Below, piece after piece: positions 19,214-28,660 of a stretch of 64,000 nucleotides of DNA; the stretch's first letter is position 1, and each line of letters starts with the position of its first letter. The notes beneath the pieces are model-generated. The model did no database searches, was not told where the DNA came from, and saw only the letters and a program-made list of their open reading frames with translations. The position numbers and the translations under genes are program-made. The stretch lies in IMG/VR virus record IMGVR_UViG_3300021399_000011. One strand, written 5' to 3'. The stretch comes from an uncultured virus (IMG/VR IMGVR_UViG_3300021399_000011). Taxonomy: Duplodnaviria > Heunggongvirae > Uroviricota > Caudoviricetes.

Positions 19214-20845
19214 ATGCTCTTTCAACCTTCAAACATAACCCCAGATGAACTCAATGGGACGGGAACCGTGGATGTATCGGAAGATGTAGAAATCCAATGG
19301 ACGGTCAACGGCAACTCCGCCATGACCGCCTACCAGATCTCTTTCTTCCAGAACAACGCCGCTTCCACCGCTGTGTGGAGTACCGGGCAGGTAACGCTCG
19401 TCACCCCCTTCTGGGGCGTGAGCTATGACGGCACGGAAACTCCGTTTTCCGTTACGCTCTCTGGGCTTGCCTCGCACGGTCTTTCCAACGGCAACGAGTA
19501 CAAGATGCTCATTACCCAGTGGTGGAGCGCCGATGACTCCGTGACACAGATGACGTCTTCCCTGTTCCTCACGAGGGCGAACCCCACAATAACCATAGAT
19601 ACCATCGATGATCCCGTGGACAGCACGTTCTATACCTTCACCGCCACCTATGCGCAGGCACAGGGAGATTCCATCAAGTGGGTGCGGTGGCAGATAGCCT
19701 ATGCGGATGACACCGCGAACCCCTTCGTCGATACGGGGAACATATACGGCACCGGCGAACTGAAAGTGGAGTATGACGGCTTCCTCACGGGAACGACATA
19801 TTCCATCAACTGCACCGTGGAGACGGCAAACAGCGTACAGGCTACGACCGGGTGGCAAGACTTCGATGTGGAGTATGAACTCACAACGACCACCGGCACA
19901 GCCGATGCCTGCCAACTCAAGAACGAGTGCTGCGTGTGGGTTTCGTGGGATCGCGTGGAAAGCGCCGATGGCTACACCATCTTCCGGCAACGAGCCGGGG
20001 AAAATCGTCTGTTCAAAATCGCCGACGTGGAAGCGACCGCCGGTCAGCTTCGTGACTACAGCGCAAAGTCAGGGCAGACATATACATACTATGTCTTCCC
20101 GGTCGGCCCACTCGCCTATCTTACTGAGCCGATGGTATCCGCACCGGTAAAGGTTCAGTATTGGTTCTGGGCTATCGTGGAAGCTACGGAGATTTCCAAC
20201 AACAACTACGCCGTTTCAGGCACATATTACTTCAAATACGGTGCGGGTGGCGTGGCCGAGGGGCAGTTCAGCAACAACAACGCACCACAGCTTGAGATGA
20301 ACTTCACGCGCTATCCAACGCGGCAAGGCTCGACCAGCAACTATTTGACCGGCACGGTGGCGGGATATATTGGAACAATCTCCAGACCGTCTATCCAGTA
20401 TTCCGACACCATAGCACAAAGCGATGCTCTATTCAAGCTGTCAAACTCGGAGAATGCACTGTTCCTCATCGACCCCAAGGGACATTTCCTGCGCATCCAC
20501 ACATCGGCGGCGGTCACGCTCCAAATCGACCACAAGAGCCGAGAGATGCCGCAGACGGTCACAATGTCGTGGGCAGAGATTGGAAGCACCGACAACGTAC
20601 ATCTCATCATGTATCAGGGCGGCGACTTCTACCCGGTTGACCGTGTTATCCTCACGACCGTTTCCGTGGACATCAACAACGGCGTCCTTTACTGGGAGAC
20701 GCCGGATGATTATTCCAGCACGGGTTCTGTTTTGTCTATAGCGGACGGCGCACTCATTCAAGATGATACAGGCTCGTTCATTTCCGCTGTTATGGCAATA
20801 GAACCTGAGACAGCAGAACTCACCGCCACGCTGCCGGACAGCTAA
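19214..20845 (+). CDS. Tail/baseplate protein with FN3-like domains (distal-tail-like)
   Basis: Beta-rich; W....ADGYTIFR...DYSAKSGQTYTYYV.PV FN3 pattern. Confidence 0.55.
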   Translation: MLFQPSNITPDELNGTGTVDVSEDVEIQWTVNGNSAMTAYQISFFQNNAASTAVWSTGQVTLVTPFWGVSYDGTETPFSVTLSGLASHGLSNGNEYKMLITQWWSADDSVTQMTSSLFLTRANPTITIDTIDDPVDSTFYTFTATYAQAQGDSIKWVRWQIAYADDTANPFVDTGNIYGTGELKVEYDGFLTGTTYSINCTVETANSVQATTGWQDFDVEYELTTTTGTADACQLKNECCVWVSWDRVESADGYTIFRQRAGENRLFKIADVEATAGQLRDYSAKSGQTYTYYVFPVGPLAYLTEPMVSAPVKVQYWFWAIVEATEISNNNYAVSGTYYFKYGAGGVAEGQFSNNNAPQLEMNFTRYPTRQGSTSNYLTGTVAGYIGTISRPSIQYSDTIAQSDALFKLSNSENALFLIDPKGHFLRIHTSAAVTLQIDHKSREMPQTVTMSWAEIGSTDNVHLIMYQGGDFYPVDRVILTTVSVDINNGVLYWETPDDYSSTGSVLSIADGALIQDDTGSFISAVMAIEPETAELTATLPDS

Positions 20846-20855
20846 AGGAGGGGCT

Positions 20856-22121
20856 ATGACTCCTTTTCAATCCTATCTCGCCATGCTGCGGGAAGACTTC
20901 ACAAAAATCGCCAAGCTGGAATTTCTCAATCCAGACGGAAACGTGGCGTTCTCACTGGACAACAATGCCCTTAACCGCAGGTCGGGAGCGTTCATCCAGA
21001 ACGGCACCATTTCCTGCAACCTCAACAACGGCAAGCGCCGCCAAGCGACGGTGACGCTTGCCAACCTCGATCACGAGTATGATTACGCCGTAAACCGCAT
21101 CTGGTTTGGACAGCAGATACGGCTCTCCGAGGGACTGATCCTGCCGGACGGCACGGAGTATTACATCCCGCAGGGCGTATTTGAGATCGAAAACCCGCAG
21201 GAAGCACTCAAGCCGAATCTGCGGACGGTCACATACCAGCTCTCCGACAAATGGGTCAACCTTGATGGCACTCTGTTTGGGAATCTGGAAGACGTATACC
21301 AAGTGCTCGTCGGTACGAACATCTTCGACGCGATGGCATCGGTACTGCGGCTCGACCGCTACACGATGGAGAGCGACGGAGACCACCCCATCGACCCAGT
21401 TGCCCCGCTGTTTACGGATTACTACAACGGAAGAACGCAGACGCTCACGGACGGAAGCGTGGTATCGCTCATAGAAGCGCCGCACGATTTTCTCTCCAAC
21501 AGTTCGGGAACGCTGGCGGAAGTAATGCTCGGACTGAACGACATGATTGCCGGTGACATCGGATACAACCAGGTGGGACGGCTCGTAGTCAACCCATCGC
21601 AGGATGACATCCTCGACACGGACAAGCCCATTCTGTGGGAGTTCCGTCAGAACGAGAAATCGTTCCTCGGAGCGGACTATACCGTCAAGAACGCCGATGT
21701 ATACAACGACGTTATCGTAGTGGGCGCGACTTCCGACACGAACTATACGCCGAGAGGCCGGGTACAAAACCTCGACCCGGCGTCGGACACATGTATCAGC
21801 CGCATTGGGATGAAGACAAAGCGCATCGAAATGTCTGACTACTACAGCGACCAGATGTGCGTGGATTACGCCGAGTGGCAGCTCAAGCGGCTATCGACTT
21901 TGGCCAAGGAAGTTACCATTACCGCCACGCAGATGTTCCACATTGTGGAGAACGAACTCATAACCGTAGAGAGAAGCGACAAGCCGGGAAGCCCCATTGA
22001 GCGCCATGTAGTAAAGGGATTCAGCCGCCCCATCGGACAGAAAGGTGCCATGACAATCAACTGCATCAGCGTAAACGACTTTCCGACCGCAACCATAATC
22101 AACGAATCTGAAGGAGAATAA
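20856..22121 (+). CDS. Baseplate hub/tail-associated protein
   Basis: RRQATVTL, YIPQGVF, DVYNDVIVVG, SRIG.K patterns of siphophage hub proteins. Confidence 0.55.
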   Translation: MTPFQSYLAMLREDFTKIAKLEFLNPDGNVAFSLDNNALNRRSGAFIQNGTISCNLNNGKRRQATVTLANLDHEYDYAVNRIWFGQQIRLSEGLILPDGTEYYIPQGVFEIENPQEALKPNLRTVTYQLSDKWVNLDGTLFGNLEDVYQVLVGTNIFDAMASVLRLDRYTMESDGDHPIDPVAPLFTDYYNGRTQTLTDGSVVSLIEAPHDFLSNSSGTLAEVMLGLNDMIAGDIGYNQVGRLVVNPSQDDILDTDKPILWEFRQNEKSFLGADYTVKNADVYNDVIVVGATSDTNYTPRGRVQNLDPASDTCISRIGMKTKRIEMSDYYSDQMCVDYAEWQLKRLSTLAKEVTITATQMFHIVENELITVERSDKPGSPIERHVVKGFSRPIGQKGAMTINCISVNDFPTATIINESEGE

Positions 22122-22123
22122 CT

Positions 22124-22615
22124 ATGGCGAGATACAATCTTGGTCAGGTGGCTATCGTAAACAAGGGGGCATGGAGCGCTTCGGCGAACTATGCTCCGCT
22201 CAACACCGTAACGCACAACGGCGGCTCGTTCATGGCTATCGCCGCAAGCGCCAACATCGAGCCGGGTGTGGCTGCTTCGTGGGATACATACTGGGTGCCG
22301 ATGGCAAAGGGCATCAAGACCGTGGCGGTCACGGCTCTGAGCGAGAGCACAGCGCAAGTGAACATCACCTTGTCCGATGGTACGGTCATCGTGGGCGGAA
22401 CATACAATACTGCGACCGTAGCGCCGGGGAGTATCGGGACTGCACAAATCGCAGCCCTCGGCGTTACGACAGAAAAAGTCGCCAACGGCGCTATTACAGG
22501 GGAAAAGCTGGCAAGCACCGTTCTTCCGGCCAACGTGGGCTTCAAATTCGGCACCGCAGTACCCACCACAGCCGACATTTCCAACGGACAGGTGTATCTC
22601 AAATATGAGGCGTAA
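22124..22615 (+). CDS. Tail fibre-like protein
   Basis: KGAWSASANY...VTHNGGSF carbohydrate-binding-like segment; VTTEKVA/ITGEKLA repeats. Confidence 0.55.
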   Translation: MARYNLGQVAIVNKGAWSASANYAPLNTVTHNGGSFMAIAASANIEPGVAASWDTYWVPMAKGIKTVAVTALSESTAQVNITLSDGTVIVGGTYNTATVAPGSIGTAQIAALGVTTEKVANGAITGEKLASTVLPANVGFKFGTAVPTTADISNGQVYLKYEA

Positions 22616-22628
22616 GGGGGAGTGACCT

Positions 22629-23615
22629 ATGGCATGGTCTACATCTGCGCCAAGTGGAATCACATGGCAGTCGTGGAAAGAGACCGACGGCATAAAACTG
22701 AACTACTTGTGGTTCTGGATCAAAGCCCGTGTCGGTCGTGGTGCGAACAACACTATTGCTGTGCAGGTGCAACTCGTCGCCAACCGCTTCGACTATAACA
22801 CTCCGGGCGCAACAATTACCGCTCACGCCGAAGTGTCTGTCAACAACGGCAGCACCTACTCGGCCTCTTCCAATTACTCCGCAGGGCCGTTCGCCTTTAG
22901 CACCGATACCACGATCAAAACCGTATACTACACTGGCACTGCGAATCAGGGCGTAAGCATTAAAGTTCGTGGGTATACTCCATCTGTATACACAGGTGTG
23001 CTATCGTGGTCTGCCCCGGCGTATACGACAAAGTACACAATCAGCTACAACGCCAATGGCGGCAGCGGCGCACCGGCAAGCCAGACGAAAACCTACGGAA
23101 CAGCGCTGACGCTCAGTTCCACGAGGCCGACCAGAAGCGGCTACAACTTTCTCGGATGGTCTACATCCAGCACGGCGACCACAGCGACTTACCAACCGGG
23201 CGGAAGCTATACCGCCAACGCCGCCGCCACGCTCTATGCTGTATGGCAGCTTATCACATACCCCGTCACATTCAACGGAAACGGCAATGACGGCGGTGAA
23301 ACGGCGGCACAGTCCAAGGTATACGGTACACCGTTGGTGCTATCGCAGAACGGCTTCACGCGAACCAACTACACATTCCTATACTGGAATACAGCGGCAG
23401 ATGGGAGCGGAACGACCTACGCCGCAGGCGCGTCCTACGGCACAAACGCCGCGCTGACGCTCTATGCCATCTGGAAGAAAAACAACATTCCTGTGTATGT
23501 CAATGACAACGGCACGATCCGTCAAGTGGAGAAAGCCTACATCAATGATAACGGCACCATCAAGGAATGTACCGTTTATTTGAATGTCAACGACAGTATT
23601 TATATCATTCAATGA
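22629..23615 (+). CDS. Virion protein with two InlB B-repeat (Flg_new) domains, candidate receptor-binding protein
   Basis: YNANGGSGAP...PTRSGYNFLGWST...TLYAVW and FNGNG...FTRTNYTFLYWNT...TLYAIW. Confidence 0.75.
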   Translation: MAWSTSAPSGITWQSWKETDGIKLNYLWFWIKARVGRGANNTIAVQVQLVANRFDYNTPGATITAHAEVSVNNGSTYSASSNYSAGPFAFSTDTTIKTVYYTGTANQGVSIKVRGYTPSVYTGVLSWSAPAYTTKYTISYNANGGSGAPASQTKTYGTALTLSSTRPTRSGYNFLGWSTSSTATTATYQPGGSYTANAAATLYAVWQLITYPVTFNGNGNDGGETAAQSKVYGTPLVLSQNGFTRTNYTFLYWNTAADGSGTTYAAGASYGTNAALTLYAIWKKNNIPVYVNDNGTIRQVEKAYINDNGTIKECTVYLNVNDSIYIIQ

Positions 23616-23629
23616 GGGAGTGTAAATAA

Positions 23630-24520
23630 ATGAATCTCATTGATATTGCCTCGTGGCAATCGGGGATCGACCTGAACTATCTATTCAGAAACAACAACCT
23701 CGACGGCGTTATCGCCAAGGCGACCCAGGGTACCGGCTACGTCAACCCGGAGTTTGCGGCGTGGATGAAATGGCTCACCGAAAACGGCAAGCCCTTCGGC
23801 ATGTACCACTACTGTGACGGCGGCGACGCCGAAGCGGAAGCCGTGCATTTCTACAAAACGGTAAAGCCTTACATCGGGCGCGGCATTCCCGTGGCCGACT
23901 ACGAGGGAGAAGCCCTACAAAAAGGCACGGTCTGGCTCGGTAAGTTTCTGGAGAAGTTCCGCGCTCTGTCCGGCGTTCGCTGCATGATCTACTGTTCCCT
24001 GTCGGTCATCTTTGAGCAGAATTTCCGTGCGCTGACGGATTATCCGCTGTGGATCGCGCAGTATGCGGATATGGTCACAGTCTACGGATTTCTGGAAAAG
24101 CCGTGGCAGAAAGGATCGGTGTCCCCCTTCCCCAAATACTGGATGCACCAGTATACTTCGTGCGGCAGGCTCAACGGATGGGGCGGACATCTCGACTTCG
24201 ACAAGTTCTACGGCACGGTCGAGGACTGGAACGCGCTGGCAAAGGGCAACGCCCCAGATGTACAGCCGACTCCGACTCCTGCGCCAATTCCCGCCACGCC
24301 GTACAAACCGGCTGACCCGGACATCGTACTGCGCACACTAAAGAATGAGTTTGGCATCGGCACGGAGCGCATCATGAACCTGCGCGAGGCCGGGTACGAC
24401 CCAGACTCCGTACAGAAGAAAATAAACCAGGTCTACCTCATCGCCGGTAACGTGAAGAAAGACATCGGAAACGAGATGTCCTATCTCAATTCCATCCTGT
24501 GGATAGCGAGGGCAATATGA
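23630..24520 (+). CDS. Endolysin, GH25 muramidase with Cpl-7-like C-terminal domain
   Basis: IDIASWQ, IAKATQG, GMYHY, ADYE, LWIAQY, HQYTS, LDFD motifs; FGIGTERIMNLREAGYDPDSVQ C-terminus. Confidence 0.85.
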   Translation: MNLIDIASWQSGIDLNYLFRNNNLDGVIAKATQGTGYVNPEFAAWMKWLTENGKPFGMYHYCDGGDAEAEAVHFYKTVKPYIGRGIPVADYEGEALQKGTVWLGKFLEKFRALSGVRCMIYCSLSVIFEQNFRALTDYPLWIAQYADMVTVYGFLEKPWQKGSVSPFPKYWMHQYTSCGRLNGWGGHLDFDKFYGTVEDWNALAKGNAPDVQPTPTPAPIPATPYKPADPDIVLRTLKNEFGIGTERIMNLREAGYDPDSVQKKINQVYLIAGNVKKDIGNEMSYLNSILWIARAI

Positions 24521-24747
24521 ACATCATCGCATATGAACCGCCATACCCCGGTGCGGTGGTCAACGAGGACTTCTACGTTGTCAAAGACGGGGACACGCTG
24601 AAAAGCATTGCCGAAGAGTTTTTGGGCAAAGAGGGGTTATATCCCCTACTCACCCAGCTCAACGGCGTAAACGGAAAAAACATCCATCCGGGCATGGTGC
24701 TTCTGCTCCACCCGGATGGATGCGAAAAAATTACAAAGGAGAAATGA
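24517..24747 (+). CDS. LysM domain protein
   Basis: YVVKDGDTLKSIAEEFLG....YPLLTQLNG....IHPGMVL; ATGA overlap with the endolysin stop. Confidence 0.75.
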   Translation: MNIIAYEPPYPGAVVNEDFYVVKDGDTLKSIAEEFLGKEGLYPLLTQLNGVNGKNIHPGMVLLLHPDGCEKITKEK

Positions 24748-24750
24748 AAA

Positions 24751-25221
24751 ATGGCACTGACGATTTTGAATGAACAGTAACCTCCCCGCAAGCCGAAGCT
24801 CACGCTGACCGCCGACAGCCTTGACGAACTGCCGACCGAGGGCGTGGCCGAGGGAAGTACGGCGACCGTAGGCGGCACGGAATACAGCTATGACAGCAAC
24901 GCAGGATGGATCGTTCCCGGCGAAGGTGGCGGTGGCTCCGGCGGTGGCTCCGCCGTTTCTGTCGTTATTACAAATGATGGAACGACTATAACTGCGGAAA
25001 AAACATGGGATGAGATCTCTGAGGCCATCCAAGCGGGAAGTTTGGTTTGGCTCAGGGATTGGCGTCAGGCAAGAACCGCTTTCTATGCGGGACTCTGGGA
25101 TAATAAAGATGCGTTTGTTTCTGTATATTATGACCAATATTCGCAAGTTCATTTTGGGAAATATAGCGTGGATTCTAATAACATATGGACATATGAAGAA
25201 CTCACGCTCCCCTCGTCTTAA
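24751..25221 (+). pseudogene. Virion-type gene interrupted by an in-frame TAA at 24778-24780
   Basis: AAGGAG RBS, ATG 24751, MALTILNEQ*PPRKPKLTLTADSLDELPTEGVAEGSTAT continues in frame into ORF 24844..25221. Confidence 0.55.
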
Positions 25222-25249
25222 CCGGAGATATGGTCGGAAAAGTGAAATA

Positions 25250-25295
25250 AATAATCCACTTGCAGGCGCAAAATCGCCTGCAAGTGGATTTTATT
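25250..25295. terminator. Bidirectional terminator between the convergent late and early blocks
   Basis: AATCCACTTGCAGGCG-CAAAAT-CGCCTGCAAGTGGATT with A/T tracts on both sides. Confidence 0.8.
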
Positions 25296-25307
25296 ATACC
25301 TATGCAG

Positions 25308-26300
25308 TTATCGGCTCAACGCCCGAAGATTACTCACAGAGCGTCTGAGCGCGTCTGAGACGAAAGAAAAGGCTTCCGGCGTAGTTTCCGGGCAGAACGA
25401 AAGGCGGATGGTGGACAGCGCTTCCTCTTCGGTGAGTCCAGACGCCAGCAAAGTGCGCGAGGGTTCATCTGCGTCGGCGGAACACGCCGCACCTGCGGAA
25501 GCATAGACTCCGTTCACATCCAACATGGAAAGAAGCTCTCTGGCATTCACTCCGTCGAATCGGACGGACAGAATGTTGGGGAGTCTTCTTTTGTCCAGAC
25601 AGTTGATGTGCGCTCCGGGGATAGTCATGATGCGGGATATGAGCGCCATGCGCTGTGACAACAGGTAGTTCATGCTCTCAATGATATTGTTGGTGCGGTA
25701 CTCCAAAGCCCGCGCCATTGCCACGGCGAGAGCCACCGGCGGAGTGCCGGGAAAGGTGTCGTCATCCTTAACTCCCCCACGCACATAGATAAAGCCGATG
25801 CCTGGGTAGCCGCCGAATTTATGAGCGCCTGCGGCGAGAGCAGTCACGCCCAAGTCCTGCACATCAACCGGGATCTGCCCCACGGCGGCGGTGGCGTCAG
25901 TAAAAACGGTGTATTTTTCTGACAGCTCTTTCACCTTGCCATAGTAGATCTCGCCGGTCTCGTTGTTGGCAAGCATATGAGCGTAGCCGTTCGTGGTTAT
26001 AAAGTGGTACAGTTCAGAAACCGCCTTATGCTCATAAGGGGAACTGATATAACACTCACACGCATTGAATCCGATGGCACAGGCTTTTGTGGCCGATGGC
26101 GTGAACGCGATCTCTTCCGGCTCGGCGTTGATACAATGGGCTATGATTTCCCGCGCATCTTCCAAGGCTCTGCGCGATTCGCGCCCCAGGGTGTGACCGC
26201 TGTTGGGGTTGGCGTAGCTCCAATTTGCCATGACCTCGCAGGCGCATTTGAGCGGCGGCGCTGACGCGGCGCAGTCGGCGTATACTTCTTTAATAGCCAT
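25308..26300 (-). CDS. iscS: Cysteine desulfurase (IscS/NifS family, PLP-dependent)
   Basis: YADCAASAP, ANPNSGH, ANNETG, DAT.AVG, GAHKFGG (PLP Lys), GTP, SAGAACS (catalytic Cys), TIRLSF; compact 330 aa. Confidence 0.85.
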   Translation of the reverse strand: MAIKEVYADCAASAPPLKCACEVMANWSYANPNSGHTLGRESRRALEDAREIIAHCINAEPEEIAFTPSATKACAIGFNACECYISSPYEHKAVSELYHFITTNGYAHMLANNETGEIYYGKVKELSEKYTVFTDATAAVGQIPVDVQDLGVTALAAGAHKFGGYPGIGFIYVRGGVKDDDTFPGTPPVALAVAMARALEYRTNNIIESMNYLLSQRMALISRIMTIPGAHINCLDKRRLPNILSVRFDGVNARELLSMLDVNGVYASAGAACSADADEPSRTLLASGLTEEEALSTIRLSFCPETTPEAFSFVSDALRRSVSNLRALSR

Positions 26301-26580
26301 AAACTCTTCCCCCATACCTCTCATAGGATTTCATGCGGTGGTAGTCACGCAGACCTGCGGTACGCTTATCATCGCGGCATTTGTGGCAGCAGGTAGACAC
26401 ACCGGCCCGGAGATTATTCCCCGGAACGATGCCCCATTCCCCGCAGTCGCATTTGCACACCCACTGGGGGATGGAGTGACGGTTCTGTGCATCGCCGGAA
26501 ACATAGTCCTCATTACATCTGTGCATGACGAGCCACGATCCGAATCGTTTTCCCGTCAGATCAATCAGCGGTCTTGCCAT
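26290..26580 (-). CDS. Zn-binding domain protein of the type found N-terminal in phage AP2/HNH endonucleases
   Basis: DLTGKRFGSW.V...W.CKCDCG......NLR.G.STCC..C; no nuclease domain follows. Confidence 0.6.
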   Translation of the reverse strand: MARPLIDLTGKRFGSWLVMHRCNEDYVSGDAQNRHSIPQWVCKCDCGEWGIVPGNNLRAGVSTCCHKCRDDKRTAGLRDYHRMKSYERYGGRVYGY

Positions 26581-28174
26581 CTTCTATCTCCACAGGCTCC
26601 GCTGTCCACATCCACGAGCCGCCGGACATGGCGGCATCGGATGCAATTTGGAACGCTTCGTCTTCGCTGTCGGCCTCGATGTCATCGTATTCACATTCGA
26701 GGCATACCCATACTTTGTATGTCATATCTCTACCTCCACTGGGTCTTCCCACTCATACTCTTCATAAATTTCTTCATCATTGTCTGCTTTGTCCATAGCG
26801 TCCCATTTGTCCTCGGCTTCGACAATGACAAAGCCGGTATATTCAATTCGGTACCTCATTCCTCTCCCTCCGTCAGACCAAACACTTTTTCTATCCGTTC
26901 AACTTGAACGTCAATGTCCCCGGCAACAAAACACGGCGGTAGCGAATCGGTATCCATCCTTAATCGACGCAGGGCAGAAACGACTTCTTTATAGTCCAAC
27001 TCATCTATCATTACTATATGCTTCATCGCTCGTCCTCCTCTTTCGGCAACTCTCTCCCGCACAACGGGCAAAACCTAATAGGCCATATACTGTCGTAACA
27101 GATACCACCATCCCACGAATTTGATTGATATAAGGTATCTCCATACTCCAACTCGTCGTACTTGCAAAGCGGGCAATTTTCTTTTGTGTAAACGGGGTCT
27201 GCCATCAATCGCCCTCCTTATCTGCCCATCTATCCCCAACAGTCAAGTTGTAAGGAACATTTACAGGTTCGGGAAAAAACGTTTTCGGTTTGAAACACCA
27301 CTTGCCCTGCCCATCTGCTTTTTCTGGCAGAGGCTCATATCCGAGTTCGTGCATTTTTTGCACGGACTGAAAAGAGACTTGAATATACGCTTGCTTCCTG
27401 CCGTGGCCACAACAGCTCCCGATAGTGTTGATATTGTGTTTGAAAATCAGATCATGAATCTCATGCTGTAAACAGGTGTCAACGCAAATCGGTTCACGTC
27501 CACTCTGCGGGGAAAATTGAATTTCCACCGCGCATCGGTACTCCCCGATAGGGCTGTCAATGCACACGGCATCATTTCTTAAATACGCCAGTGTTTGTGC
27601 GTCCCTGTGCGATAACCACGACTGGCTTCGGAGATATTCAGTTATTGTTTCAGCGAGATTTAGTTGCTCATTCCACATTTACTCTCCCTCCTTATCTGCC
27701 GGGATGATGGTGGGAGCGCGGTCAAGCATTGTATGCATCAGTTTTTTTACAGTGTCAAATGTGCAACCGTTCCTTTCATCTTCTGGAGACCACGGTTTTA
27801 TACATCCTCTTGCTGCATTCCGGTCTATCAAATCCCCGTGATTGGGGACGGAGATGACTTTAAAAATATTCCCAATTCCATCAATGCATGTTCCGTCTTT
27901 GTGTAACATCAACACGCGCACATAGTCCCCATCAGGGATCTTTGCTTTTGGGATATAGATACCGCTCATCAATCTTTCACCTCAAATCTCCCGATTCCTT
28001 TGTTATACTCTCTTGCTTCTGAAATGACGGCTTGCAACTTATTGGTTATCGTATTGAGCCTACTGCACAAGTCTCCGCTATTTACGCTCATATAATAGAA
28101 TCCGCTTACTTGCTCAATCAAGTCTCGCGCCTCTTCTAATTTGCGTATGTCGAACTCGTCAACCATGCGATGTA

Positions 28175-28660
28175 TCATTCTGTTTCCTCCTCTGGCGGCA
28201 CGGGCTTCTCCATCCAATGCGAAACATAAAACCCGTTCACCTTATCCACGAACTCAAGGTGCGCGTTGTACGCCTCATACGGTTCATTCTGCCACAGTCC
28301 CTGCTCGATATCGTATTGGAGTAAATCTACATAGCCATAGTTATAATCAGCCATCCAATCGGCTTCCTTCACGTCGGTAGGCTCGTGAATCCAGACGAGA
28401 TACATTCCCGGTTTTTCGGGAAGCCTTTCTTCCGAAGATATCCACTTGGGATATTTGTCCAAGAGTTCACGGATTGTTTTCATCCCCTTGTCGGTCAAGT
28501 CGCGGTACAGAGCCTCATAGTTTAAAAGATTATCTATGGCATCGGCGGCTTCTCTTTGTAGCATTCCTCGGCATCCAATCTGCACAAGGTCATTCTTACA
28601 CCCGGCGCAGGATGCTTCTGCGCATTGCCTAAGAGACTTTACCAGTTCGCTATAATCCAT
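28175..28660 (-). CDS. DUF551-like phage protein
   Basis: WIS.EERLPE..G.YLV ... VSHWM..P.PP signature. Confidence 0.65.
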   Translation of the reverse strand: MDYSELVKSLRQCAEASCAGCKNDLVQIGCRGMLQREAADAIDNLLNYEALYRDLTDKGMKTIRELLDKYPKWISSEERLPEKPGMYLVWIHEPTDVKEADWMADYNYGYVDLLQYDIEQGLWQNEPYEAYNAHLEFVDKVNGFYVSHWMEKPVPPEEETE

